Below, in pieces: positions 13,892 to 27,100 of a DNA stretch of 64,000 nt. Source of the DNA: Podarcis liolepis (taxonomy: Eukaryota). The translations under genes and the position numbers were made by a program. The notes below the pieces were generated by a model. That model saw only the letters and a list, made by a program, of their open reading frames with translations. It had not been told where the DNA came from and did not search any database. The stretch lies in the NCBI GenBank assembly GCA_965112155.1, contig OZ218098.1, one strand, 5' to 3'. Each line of letters begins with the position of its first letter. Position 1 is the first letter of the stretch.

Positions 13892-14023
13892 TTGATGCTT
13901 CAACTAATTCTGGATGTAGTGAATAAGGAATTAAAGGATCTGGTAGATCTGCAAAGAAAGCTTTCAGAGCTCCTGCCACAGCATTTACTGTCACATCCAT
14001 AGATTCCAGACTGATATTATGAT
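13892..14023 (-). CDS. ARHGAP5: ARHGAP5 exon 5 (132 nt; [44 protein letters not shown])
   Basis: Boundaries are ttttacag|AT...TCAA|gtaagc. Contains the Rho[22 protein letters not shown] motif. Confidence 0.97.
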
Positions 14024-15847
14024 CTGTAAAACAACACAAAACAGTATTTTATTAATGAGAGCCATAACTACACATTTCTAAAAATGACGTACTGAACTAT
14101 AAATACAAATCAGCCATTGACCACTCAATTTAAATTACCCTGGAATAATGGGCTATTGTAGACTTGTCTGCCATAAGCACTGATCATAATTATCAATATT
14201 ATAAATCATCTATTCAGATGTTATGAAAATGACAGACTGCCCTGGGATTTTATACACTCACACACCAACCATAATCAGCATTATCAGAATTTATCCCCTT
14301 TCACAGTTAGGAATGGGGACTATATATTCTTATACCATGCTATCAGCAGCCAAGATTATTCCTCACAAGAGAACTGTACAGACTAAGGCTGAAATCCAAC
14401 ATTGTGCAAGCAGACATCTGCTTAAGCAATGGTACTTTGCATATAGATTGCTGTTCCACAACCCTACTGGATCTAATTTTGTGGGGAGGGGGCATGGGAG
14501 GGAGGCAGAGAGGAACACTAACTCCCATCACATGAGCAGAAGTTCATTTGCTGAGGCATGGACACCACTGGATGTTAGCCTAATTTATTTCCAAAGTTAC
14601 ACAATTTATTTATTGTGCAAGTAAACTCTAACCTGGTACTTGAGAAGAAAAACCTTGTGTTAAGGTAGCAATGGATTATTTATCACATCATCCACCTTCA
14701 CACTTAAAACTGGTTAAGGAGGAGGAACCCACATATTCCAAAGTTATAGGATAACTTTTAAATAAATAATAAAGTATACAGGACTAAAGCACTGCTTTCT
14801 CTCCAATTCAAACCTTCTCCTTTGCAAGCATTACAAAAAGTATATTTGTGCTAAATTACAAAAAAAATCACTTTTTCAAAATGTGACACTAAGTTACAAT
14901 TTTTTTTATACCAGAACTGTTGCATCAGCAAAGTAAAATATTTAGGATACACATATTTGCAGGAGAGTTAAACCACAAACCTGTGCATCATTAGCAGAAG
15001 TGCAAAGTTTTGAGACAACATGAAATAATTAAATTTTTTTGGTAAAATGGAAAATCTGGAATAAATTACTGATTTACTCATCAAATCAGGAGTCCACAAA
15101 TTAAATGTCCCCAACGGCCAACTATGATTTGTATTAACTAATAACTCTGCCCCACTCCATATTCAAGGGTGGAAGTTTTGACTGAAACACTTAAATAAAG
15201 CTCAAAACAAATCTAATGTCATGTTAAGTTTTGTAGGCACTCGGAAGCAGAAAGTCTTCCTAATCTTCTGAGCTCAGTAACAGAGAACAATGGTTTGAAT
15301 GCAGAAGGTTCCATGCCCAATTTCTGGCATTTTGAGAGGCCTGGGGAAAACTCCTGTCTGAAAGTTTGGAAATCTCATTTCCAAAGAATGAATCCGCTTC
15401 ACTGTTAGAACCAAATTGACAGTTGTTACAGTAAAATTATGCTTTACTACCTGTACAGCTCAGTTACAGATCAACCACTCAGAATTTTGGGGGAACAAGT
15501 AGGAAACGGAAGGGGCGGGGTTTTATTTAGATGTTGTTGTTTTTGATAAATTATTGTGACTTTCAAATTGAATTGGCTAATTTTACTGTAATCAACTTTA
15601 CTGTAATCAACTTGTAGAAAAGCAGGCTACTGATCTAAACAGTAAATGAACAAATTATACAATTACCACACTGCTTACCACTGCATGTTCTCAATACATT
15701 AACACGCAAATCATAATTTGTACTTCATATAACTATACAAATGCACACTCTCCAGCTTCTATGATTATCTGTTTGGAATGCAAAAATTAGACTGCAGGGT
15801 TTGATAGACCAAAAATTATTTGTGATATGCATCATATCTCCCATTAC

Positions 15848-15925
15848 CTTGATCAAATTGCTTCTGAATGTTGTCTTGATCAGTTTTATTCCCACTAACA
15901 CGATAGAGACCTTCAGTACATAGAC
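15848..15925 (-). CDS. ARHGAP5: ARHGAP5 exon 4 (78 nt; GLCTEGLYRVSGNKTDQDNIQKQFDQ, contains catalytic arginine finger)
   Basis: Boundaries are ccccaaag|GT...CAAG|gtaatg. GLYRVSG RhoGAP motif is present, with the Arg codon at 15900-15902. Confidence 0.97.
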
Positions 15926-17767
15926 CTTTGGGGGTGGAAAGCAAATGTCACATGGTTATATTTTGCAAACGAAAAGTTATTATTTAAGCATAAGCAAAAT
16001 TCGTATTAAAATATCTATCACACTCTTGAACATAAGTTCAACAAGTAGCCTGCCGAATGCTTTACTAGACGGCCTCTGCTATAGAGCAGCCTTCCTATTC
16101 TGATACAGAGGAGGGGTCCATTTGGTTATTATGCCAGATGTAGATGAGAGATAGAACACTCCATCCCTCTTAGAGCACTCTATGCCTGTATGAAACTCCA
16201 TCTTCATATTTGCATGTAATTCCTTGTTGCCTGCAGCTAACAGGCTAGGGCTTAAAAAAAGATTTGCACTATTGATTTCTTCAATTAATATGGGGTGATT
16301 TCTTGTTTATTTGCAATCCTAAGAATGCTTTAAGGAAAGCAACCCTCAGCTTCAATTCAGCGGGCATTACTTCAGAGTAAACAATGGTTGTAAAAATAGT
16401 AAGCTAATTCTAATTCATAGTGTGATTAATCATCACTCTTTTAAAAACGAAACATGCACTACTACTTGCTCTCACAAAGTTTTATATTTTAATCACAATT
16501 AAAAAAGGAAATGCATACATAATTACATAATCTTACATAATCTTAACAACTGTTATGAATAAGCCCTCATGCCAATGTATGTGATCTGAATTCCCATAAT
16601 CCCTCTTCACTTCTTCAATCCCACCCACACCCTCACTCATATAAACCTAGTCAAAGGTTTGATACAAGAAAAAATAATTGTCAGCATTTACTGGAATCTA
16701 CAAAGTCTTTTTAGCAAAAACTTAACTAGCACTGACAGGTGCTGGCATTGCAATGTCCCACAAGCAACACTCTTGTCACATGATTTGGTCTTCTCCTAAA
16801 GCCACAGTCTTTTGGTCAGAGGTCAGCAGCCACATAAATATGGCTTTTGATACCTCCTTGCAAATTACAGATGTTAATGTTCTACTGAATCATGTGTACC
16901 AGTCCTTTGGATCCTGACAAACAGACAATATGGTGGCTAAATGTCTAATGCTTCAATACTGGAAGAAGTCACAGATAGTGTCTATGAGAAAGTGGTCTTC
17001 TATAAACATAAGATGGGAAATTTTCTGATATCTGAAATGTCTGAGCACCGTGTTGGTCCGGACCACCAACTTTTCTGCCCCACACTTCACATTCTCTCCC
17101 TTGTACACAAATAACATGTTGTATTGGTTTATAATGATTTTGTTTGTCTTGTTTAACTGTATTTGGTTATGCGTCATTTTGAAAAATTCTATTAATTAGA
17201 AGAACTACTAAAAGAATAAGCCACCTCACTTTACAAATGCTCCTAACTCAACACATATCATATGCACTGAATCACAAAAGGAAATACAAGCTTCATGGGG
17301 AAGAAAAGCTGTCAAAAACTGAACACAGGATAGATAAAAAGATGCTTTTTAAAAAAGACTTTTCTTAAATAATTACTAGGTGAAATATTCCAGATATAAA
17401 AATGTTTGCCAGATAGTTAACCTCTAATTTGAGTCACAGTATTACAGAACTGTAGAGTTGGAAAGGATCCCAATGATCATCTAGTCTAACCCCTGAGAGT
17501 GGAGGGAACTCCTAGCATTGGAAGGAGATGGGGGGCATTCCACTGAACAAGACTAAATTCTTCCACAAATGGAATGCATTACTTGGTATATCATCCTTAG
17601 AAAACTTCAGAATTGGTAGCTATTTAAACGTTAGCTATTATTGCAAGTGTAATAATATAAATGCTAGTTTTCATGCATTCTGAATGTTATTAAAATTACT
17701 GACTCTACTTAAAAATAAAACAATGGAGATAAAGGTTGCTGTTAAAACACTGCTACATAAGTTAGTA

Positions 17768-18127
17768 AAAAGGTAAAGGTAAAGGGACCCCTGACCATTA
17801 GGTCCAGTTGTGACTGACTCTGGGGTTGCAGCACTCATCTCGCTTTATTGGCCGAGGGAGCCAGCGTACAGCTTCCAGGTCATATGGCCAGCATGACTAA
17901 GCCACTTCTGGAGAACCAGAGCAGCGCATGGAAACACCGCTTACTTTCCTGCCAGAGCGGTACCTATTTATCTACTTGCACTTTGACATGCTTTTGAACT
18001 GCTAGGTTGGCAGGAGCAGGGACCGAGCAACGGGAGCTCACCCCGTCAAGGGGATTCGAACTGCCAACCTTCTGATCAGCAAGTCCTAGGCTCTGTGGTT
18101 TAACCCACAGCGCCACCCGCGTCCCCC
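17768..18127 (-). mobile_element. Sauria SINE, full length (intron 3)
   Basis: tRNA-like head (gggacgcgggtggcgc..., box B gttcgaatcc) and (ACCTTT)n tail. 13-bp TSD acataagttagta at 17755-17767 and 18128-18140. Confidence 0.93.
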
Positions 18128-18754
18128 ACATAAGTTAGTATATGCTATCATATTGAAAAAGTTTGCAAGGAAATCTTGTCCAAAACCAACAAAGTGCGAT
18201 CAGCACCTAAGCAGCTTGAATTCTCAAAATCTAAATTAGCACCTGGGTCAATTGATGACTACAGCTTAATCCCAAATAAAAACTGATCCTACAGAACACT
18301 GTTAGAATCACTGGGTTACTTTTTGCTCAGGCCTAGAAGCCAACAAACTGAGTCCTGGGCTGTATAAACCATGCTACCTATGAGTAGTGTAATATATTAC
18401 ATACAACAAGTGTACAATCTTTGCTCCTGTACACAGAAATAGTTGAGCTGCCCACTCATTCAGTTATTCAAACGTAACATTTAACGAGTGCACAATGCAG
18501 CGTACTCAGGTTTACTGCCAGCTAAAGGAAACTATTTCAGCAACACTTATTAAACGAGTCATTGAAGCAATTCCCTTTTACTGGCAACAAGGCAAGACAT
18601 GCTGGGTCTGCTTTACTTCCTAAAACAGTTTCCTACCAAGGTTTACAATCAATGGAATGAGCTGTGACTGAAAGAGGAATGTTAAGTTTGTTCATTTTGG
18701 CCTCTGTTATTCTTAGAGAAGGTATTGTTTAATTTGATGTAGACATTCACATCA

Positions 18755-18830
18755 CAACTCCATACATGTTTACTCTGAAGTAAGTCCTATTGAGTTCAAT
18801 GAGACTTACTTCTAGGTAGGTCTGTATACT
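18755..18830. repeat. Short palindromic dispersed repeat (core agtaagtcccattga.ttcaatgggacttact); other copies near 7350-7495 and 44095-44260
   Basis: The self-complementary core recurs at several places in the window. Probably an old MITE family. Confidence 0.6.
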
Positions 18831-19577
18831 GGTATCCATAAATGTATTGAATGTTTATATATGAAATAAATGGGGGTTGGGAAGGAACAAAATCTAAGCC
18901 ACTTAAAAGATTATTTCAGCTGATTTTTTTCAAACCTGCAGCACCTGCTTCAGTCTTGAAGGCATTGTACAGTACTGATATAATTTATTAAGCAGGGTTG
19001 CACAAAAGGGGAATGCTGTTTGTGCAATGGGGCTTGCCACCCCTTCTCCAACTTTAGCATAATGTCCGTCCGTCCCCGAGCCTTTCTTAGGTTTTGGGGA
19101 ATACTCGGGAAAGATCTGGGCTGCAGCACAAAGGGTGGGGGAAGCTGCTGCTTCATGAAGTGGGGCTGAATTGCATTATTTTTGTTGTTTTTCAATGGAA
19201 ATGCATGCAGAGCAGGATCAAAAAGTTCATCAGTAACATCTCTTCATTTCACATTATTTAGCTTTTATATAGCACTTTAGAACAAAGGTAGGCAGAAGAT
19301 AGAAATCACACTAATCCTATAGATCCCAATTCAAGTTTCGTTGGAATCTTGCATGCTTACATTTGTATTAACAACATGTTTTAAAAGTGATTTTTCTGTA
19401 TGTTAGATTTCAGTTTTTTCAGCAAACCTAAGTCTGTGGTTGAGGCCAACTGAGTAAAGTCAGGGAAATGTAGTCAGGTAGGGAGAGGAGACCACAAGAC
19501 AACAGAGAAAAGACCATCAGCAGCATGTACAGGAGTAGAAGAAATCTGCTCTCCTCCCAGTTCCATATTCCAGGCGT

Positions 19578-20450
19578 CATAAGAACATTAGACGATCCTG
19601 CTGGATGAGGCCCATGGCCCATCCAGTTTAACATCCTGCTCTCACAGTGGCCAACCAGATGCCTAAGGGAAGCATACAAGTGGGACAGAAGCACACTGCC
19701 ACCAATAGTGGAGGCAAAAAGTATCAGATTTAGTTCAGGTTATTTTTCATGAATTTGTCTTATCCTCTTTTAAAGTCATCCACGCTGGTGACCATCACTG
19801 CCCCCAGTAGAGCTAATGTCCATAATGTACTGCATAAGAAATGTACTGCATTTAATATTCTCTATCCACTTTCCCTACGCCATGCATAATTTTACCCACT
19901 GCTGCTCCAATCAAACCCTTGATCATTTTGGTTGGCCTTTTCTGAACCTTTTCCAAATGTACAATATCCAGTTTGTGTTGAGGCAACTAGAACTGTACAC
20001 AGTATTCTAAACAGTCGCATAGTAGGTTTGCACAACAGCATTGTTATATTGGCAGTTTTATTTTCAATTCCTTTCCTAAGATCCCTAGCATCGAATTTGT
20101 CATTTTTTACATCTGTTGCACACTGGGTGAACATCTTCATAAAGCTATCTACTCTAACCCCAAAGTCCTGTCCAGAGTCAATATGATTTCAGACCCCATG
20201 AGCGTATATGTGAAATTAAGGGGTTGTTGTTTTTTAAGTCCAGATATGTATCACTTTACACTTGTTTACAATAAATTGCATTTCCCATTTTACCACCCAT
20301 TCCCTGAGTTTGGAGCACTCCACGATCTTTATTTTTGTTTTAGTGACCCTAAAATTGTTTTAGTGACAATTCAGTAGCATTAGCAAACTTGGCTACGACA
20401 TTACTTACCCCAACTCTACAATATTTATGAACAAATTAAAAAGCACTGAT
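19578..20450 (-). mobile_element. CR1 LINE 3' fragment (intron 3)
   Basis: RKGIENKTANITMLL peptide. CR1-type 3' terminus (cataagaac... on plus). Confidence 0.85.
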
Positions 20451-20615
20451 CCTTCAAGGGTTTGCTTTGGTAAATATGTGAAAGTATACAGTCCTCAGCA
20501 CACACTTGTTATTTCTGTTACCACATAGTATAAAATGATGAGAAGCTAACAAGACTTTTATAGTTAGCTACCAAGAAATAGTAAAATGTTATTGATGCTC
20601 CAACTTGTGTCCTAC

Positions 20616-20763
20616 CTGTGTCTTCAATGAAATCCACACACTTCTCAACAAAGAGTGGTATAGGTTTTTCAGGTGTAACCAGATCCTGCAGGGGCATTCC
20701 AAAGTAATTACTTTCCCAATTTCTACGAGTTGGTGGATTAAATGTCTTGGTTTTCTTTTTTTG
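20616..20763 (-). CDS. ARHGAP5: ARHGAP5 exon 3 (148 nt; [49 protein letters not shown], start of RhoGAP domain)
   Basis: Boundaries are cttgtag|CAA...ACAG|gtagga. Phase 0 in, phase 1 out. Translation matches the p190-B GAP N-terminus. Confidence 0.97.
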
Positions 20764-21651
20764 CTACAAGAAAACAACAGCATTCTTAGCCAAGTATGTC
20801 ACTAATGAAAGTAAAAAATTAATAATATCTACATAAAATCATACCTGTAACAAAAGAATCTTAGTAACAGAACTAATTTTGAATATATTAATTTATAATT
20901 ATTCAATAAAGAGAGCAAACAAGCTTTTCAACATTGTTAAAATCTTTCTGCACTCAAATTCATATAACATGATAAAAAGTTAAGCAACATATGGGAGGCT
21001 ATCTTTGATTGTGTTGTTTTCTGAAATTCCTTTTTTTTAAAAGCTCCTTTGTAATATATGGAATATTACCTAGATATATATATATATATACATGGAAAGA
21101 CTGGTAAATTTCTATATTATGGTTCAGTGTAAGTATTTTCTTCTTTTAATAAGAAAACAATAAAACAATAAAGGGTAAATTAAATGTCCAAGAGTAGGCA
21201 GAAATGCCCCCACCCTCTAGCTGCAGGCATCTCATGACTGTCTTATCTAAGTTGCTGGGCAACCTAGCAGGTAACACTAGGTAGAAAAGGGCTCAATCTC
21301 AGATTACAGCATTCATTGTTGAACAGTACAGGAGAATCTGTGCGAAACGTGGAGAAGACTATAGGAACAATCCTGTGAAAATGTGGAACACTTTGTGAAG
21401 AGCTCGCTTGAGGGAAGCTGGATAACTTCCAAGACTTCTGGGCTTGGAGAACTCTGGCACTTGCAGGATTCTGTTAGAAACTGGACTTTGCACTTGCTAC
21501 GTGGACTTTGTTTCACTAAGGACTTTGTAAACTAGAACCATCTCTGGGCTCAGAGAGTGAAAACATCTTATAGCAACTGCAAATAGTGTGTGTATATCAT
21601 GTGCATGTGTGTGTTTGCCCAGTAAAAGCAATCTCAATTATACAGTTTCTT

Positions 21652-22299
21652 CCTGTGCTGAGCCTAACTGCTCAACTGAACATCCACAACACATAGCACT
21701 ATATGGTTTGGAATACCATATTAAACTTAAGGGTTTATACAACTGTGGCTTAAATATCAAGTCGCAATCCATTTTTTGCCAGTTTCCATTTCCAACTGAA
21801 GCCCAACAGGCCACTTCTTAAGATGTTTATGACATATCTTTCCTTCTGTGGCATGCTCTGGCATGGCCTTTCAGGACACAAACAAGCAACAGTGGGGAAT
21901 CTCCCCTTGTGCAAGCAGAACTTCACTTGTGTGCCTTTGGATCCAAGCTCCTATTTCTCAAGACCTACAATGCTGAGCCTGTGCTGAGCCTAACTGCTCA
22001 ACTGAACATCCACAACACATAGCACTATATGGTTTGGAATACCATATTAAACTTAAGGGTTTATACAACTGTGGCTTAAATATCAAGTCGCAATCCATTT
22101 TTTGCCAGTTTCCATTTCCAACTGAAGCCCAACAGGCCACTTCTTAAGATGTTTATGACATATCTTTCCTTCTGTGGCATGCTCTGGCATGGCCTTTCAG
22201 GACACAAACAAGCAACAGTGGGGAATCTCCCCTTGTGCAAGCAGAACTTCACTTGTGTGCCTTTGGATCCAAGCTCCTATTTCTCAAGACCTACAATGC
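21652..22299 (+). repeat. Direct tandem duplication, 2 x 322 bp (intron 2)
   Basis: 21652-21973 and 21978-22299 read identical by eye and are separated by 4 nt (tgag). Confidence 0.97.
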
Positions 22300-24196
22300 A
22301 AAACACTAAATAGTATGTTTCTATGAGGTGTGATAGCTCCATTCAGACAGGAAATACTTTAAACTGGTGAAGATTAACTATGGTTCCACCTTTTTTCTTT
22401 CCCACACTGTACAAAATTAAGTGTCCTCAAATAAATTAACAAAATGACAAGACAATATTAAGCTGTTTATAGTTAACCACAATGATAGCTATTTTAGAGC
22501 AAAAAACTATTTACAAAATTTCCTGAGTTCTCTATAATAATACTGTAAAGCAAGCCAACACTATATCCATTGCACAGACCTGAGGTTAATAAATGATGCC
22601 TTGCATTTAGACCAACATGCTATTCACCAGCTCACATTGGCTTTTTAAAATGTGAAAGTTTACAAGGAGTAGTAATACACCAGGTTGACTCCATTTCTTA
22701 GGCAGCCAATAACCAGTGGCTGCTTTTTCCACTGCTTGAGCTGAAGCAATTTCTGCAAGTAGTGTAACAGCTGTAAAGGTTAATTTCTTGCTTACTCAGT
22801 ATTTTATACAGATGTCCTTCTAGTATCTCCTACTCTATCAATGATGCCCATAAAACTTTGCCCAAATAACTTCTTTTATATAAAGATATAATCAGTACCA
22901 AGACATAGCAATTCTATAAAGCAATTCTAAAATCTGACAGTTTGCCTGCACTATATATACTTTTAGAATTATTACCCTAAACAATATTTAATCTTTTTTA
23001 AACTGCTTCTCCGTGCACAGGAAATATTAGAAAAACCAGAACTAATCCCCACGAAAGTCCTTCAGGGCCAATATCTTTTCAAAACTAACCATACAAGCTA
23101 CTAAAACATGTAGAAAGCTGGCAAAACGTTTTATCTGCAATGCACACTTTTATTCAGTAAAGTTCTTCAACTGCCTGTGTCAAATAATTATCTGAAGAGA
23201 AAGCTAAATAGTGTCATAGGCAGGTTTTGATGCAGGGGTTCCTCCCTGCACAGTACTCTTTTGCATACAACACTCTTTCCAAAAGTGCAATCACAGAAGA
23301 GTTTCACAAGTTGATTGCCCAAAGATTGCACAACAACCTACTATGCCCAATGACAATATACATCTATATAACAACACTGTATCCTGGTTATGTATAAGAC
23401 TCACAGCTGGCCACTGCCAGGACAACGCAACACTGGACTAGATCTGATCTAACACAGCACAAGACCATAAAGCAATAGCTGATAATTCACAAATAACTGT
23501 ATTACAATTTGAAGGGAACAATTTCTCCTCCCACCCTTTCCACATTCAGCACACAAAGTTCACAAAACAGTTATTTCAAATGTTGACCTCACTGACATCT
23601 GAAACGCTACATATTTATTATCTTTACAATGGCCAGTAATAAAGCACTGACTATGCTAAACCTGCTGTGCACTGAATACATGCCACTTTCTAATTAAAAA
23701 ACAAATCAAAAACCTGAGCCCAACAACAGCAGTGCATTCACCAATAGGAGTAACATTATCCTAGTCACTAAAATATGCCAGTCTGAATCGCCTTCTATAT
23801 AAATTTGTCAAATCTAACCAGAAATATAGCTGACATTCCTAGAAAGATTCTGCGATATGAAACAAAGGCATTGGGTTGTAATCAAAACTGCATGAGCTGA
23901 AACAATCTATCCCTCCTCCCCACTCCCCTTTATACCTCTGAAAAGCTTCTTCAGGCATCAAGGGGACCTACCAAACAAAGAGCTCTGAATCATCCAAGGA
24001 AGAGAAGGGAAATCACCCCAAATCAGACTGAGGAATCTTGTGTCCCTTTGATGCAAGATCCCTCCATCCAATTTTCCTTGGGGCCTTTTCTCAGCCAGAC
24101 AATGCAATCAACATTTGATAAGGCCAACTTGCACAACTCCAAAAAGAACTTAATGCATAGTTAAAATAAAAAAAGTTAGTTTAAAAAATGTCTTAC

Positions 24197-27100
24197 TTTT
24201 TTGTCTTCTTTTACTTTCTGAGTTTTCTTCTTCATCTTTTTGTCATCCAACTCTTGATCTGATGTAATAGCAGGGTTATCAATGCCACCTTTCCATGTTT
24301 CCACTGGGGACAGAAGGGGATCTTCTTCACTGCCACGATGTCTTCCTTTTCTTTTAGTTTTAGATGTTGTAAAAGCTTCATCATCACTTGCATCTGAATG
24401 TGCTCTCCTATAATAAGATTTGGCTTTGATGAACAGTGTTTTAGATTTGTATTTGTATTTTGAAGGTCTTCTTTCACCGTGGGTCTTTGACATTCTGTCA
24501 GGAAATCCATTTTCTTCATCTCCTTGGGTATTATTTATAGTAAATGAGTTTCGAATTTTAATCATGCGATTCTGACTATCATCTGGAATTGCGTAGATAT
24601 CATCAGTAACACCTCTGTGCTTGAAAATGGTGTCTATAGGTTCTGCATAATTATCAGATTGATCTAGATCATCAGATGGTGCCAGAGTTGTTCTAGTTTT
24701 TCTTGGTTTGCCAATACCTGCCTCAATAGTTTTTAACAGGTTTGGATCTAGTTTTTTCACATTGGGCTTGAGTGCAACTGGTTTTGGCTTTATTGGAGGA
24801 GGCACTTTATGGTTGCGTTCATGATCGTGACAGTTAAGTGGTGTGCTATGAACAGGGTATTCATTACCTTCCAAATCGAATCGATCTTTTGGGATAAGCT
24901 GTACATCATCCCCCATAGGGCTGTAAGGAGGTGGGGCTTCAGTATCATCTTCTGAATCCGGATAGTAATTGTACGTAAGAGCACCTCCTCTGGGAGAATG
25001 CAGGAAAACATCCTCACTTGTATGTGTTGCCTCTCTTGTACTATCAGACATATAAGAATTTTCAATCATGTTTTTCTTCTCTAAAACATCACTAAAGAAC
25101 AAGGTGAAAACCTCAGTCTGACGATGATATTGAGACAAAGAATACAGAGCTGTAAATTTAGCTGTAATCTCAGTAGCTATATGTTCACCTTCCGTCATTA
25201 ATTCTTTGATAGCCTCAATCTCAAAAAAGTCTGCCTGACTATCAGTAACAGCCACCAATTGGACAGGAATCGTATCTTGTACTTCTGAAAGAAATGCTCG
25301 AAGCATTCCCATAGATGCCTTCCGTTTAGCAGAGTAAACTAGTATATACCCATGAACAAGTTCATCTTTTCTTACACCGATTGAAGAATGATATGATAAT
25401 ATTGTTATCTGTATTCGCCTCCGTTTTTCACCTATAATTTTATCCAGCATGAGGGAATTATTCTGGCCAGCCTGAGCAGCACTACAGGAATGAGAGTCAA
25501 GAAAGGGTGAAAGAATAAGATCTATACTGAATGGATCTCCACACATGGCACACATGACAATTCTCAAATCAGCTTCCGAAAGGTCTTTAATTGTAGGAGC
25601 GGGACTTACAACATCAAAATTGTGTTTAACTGCTTCCAAAACTCCCCGCAAAGCTTGTTTTATTTGAGCCTCATTAAATTTGCGTGGGTAAGTACCAGCA
25701 GGCACATCTATAAAAGGACACTGCAACTTGTTTGCCAATTGCTGTCCTTGGTGTCTCAGAATCGGCAAGTGCTTGCTAGCACTGTCTCTTTGATTAGCCA
25801 GTATTAATGTAAATGGAAGACTGGCCATATATTTGTCTCTTCTTATCTGAGATGCTTCGGTCCTGATTTTAGTGATCGACTCTCCAATAAAAGCGAGTGA
25901 TTCAATTGAATTAAACACACAGAAACATCCATGTGGTTTGAAGGCAGAAGCCCATAAGTGACTTAGAAGATAAGGTGACTTTGCATCAACTGGCCTAAGA
26001 TCAAGTTCATATATCTTTCCATCTAAGGCATACTCGTCATCCGTGGATTGAGTCCGAATCTCATTTGCCAGCTCTTGCGCCAGACCATCTTTACCCAAAA
26101 TGAAAATATTAACTTTATCAATATTGGCACTATCGTGATACAAATTTAAGCGGCCGTGGTCCAATTGCAAGAGACTTCTGGCAAGCAACTGTTCTACTTT
26201 AATGTCCATACAGTTTTGGCCACTGAGACAGGTTTCTTTAGTGGGATGATACACAAACCCTATGTGTTTTAATAGAAGAGATTCTCTATCAGGTGCAAGT
26301 TTCTGTAAAGCTTTGTATCTAGGCTCTTCACTCAGAACTGCATGAATTTCACTCATTTTATCAGAACTAGGTGTTGCATTCAAATCCAGGTCATAAAACA
26401 GTTCTGAATGCTCAAAAAGCATTTCCTGAAATTCCTCTTTGGCTTTTTCAACAATTTCCCGTTGATGTCTACTATATACTTCTCTACTATCTGCCTCTGT
26501 AATATATTTAAAAGCTTCATCCTCCATTACAAAACACATAACTTCTTCCCAGGGTTGCCCAGGAGAAATGAACTGTATTTTTTCAAGTGTTTTTTTGAAC
26601 TTCTCCTTCATTTCAACTCTCCTTTTTTCTGATATTAGATGCTGCACGTGGTTTTGATAGACTTTTTCCGCTTCTAGCGTGCTCAAAAGGTCAAATGGAA
26701 TTCTCCTGTCATTCACTTTATCTATGTGATCAGTTTCATCCCAGGGTGTTTTCTCCAGCACCACAAAACATAGTTGGAAATCTGGCCTTTTTTCCATTAA
26801 TTTCAAAGCTTCAGACCAGCTCAAATGCTCAATCTCTTCAAGATTTGACAGAAGTGTGTTAAAAGCTCTTGGTAATGTATTGATGTATTCATCTCTTCTT
26901 TTTCTTATATGCTCTTGCTTAAGCTGCTCTATGTGTTTTGAAAATGTATTTTTGGCCTTTTTTGTTCCCTCTAAATTAATGTATTCTTCATAATCTGGGT
27001 GATTTTTCAGTTTATTACTAACCGTTTTCCAAGTGGCATGATAGTCTCTCACAGTCTGAACAAGTTTCTCAAATTTATCCGTTGAAGTCACAACAAGTTG

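Noticed and set aside
24176-24196. VRHFLN* as the true C-terminus of a single-exon gene
   Set aside because: A GT donor at 24196 and five downstream in-frame GAP exons show it is intron read-through.
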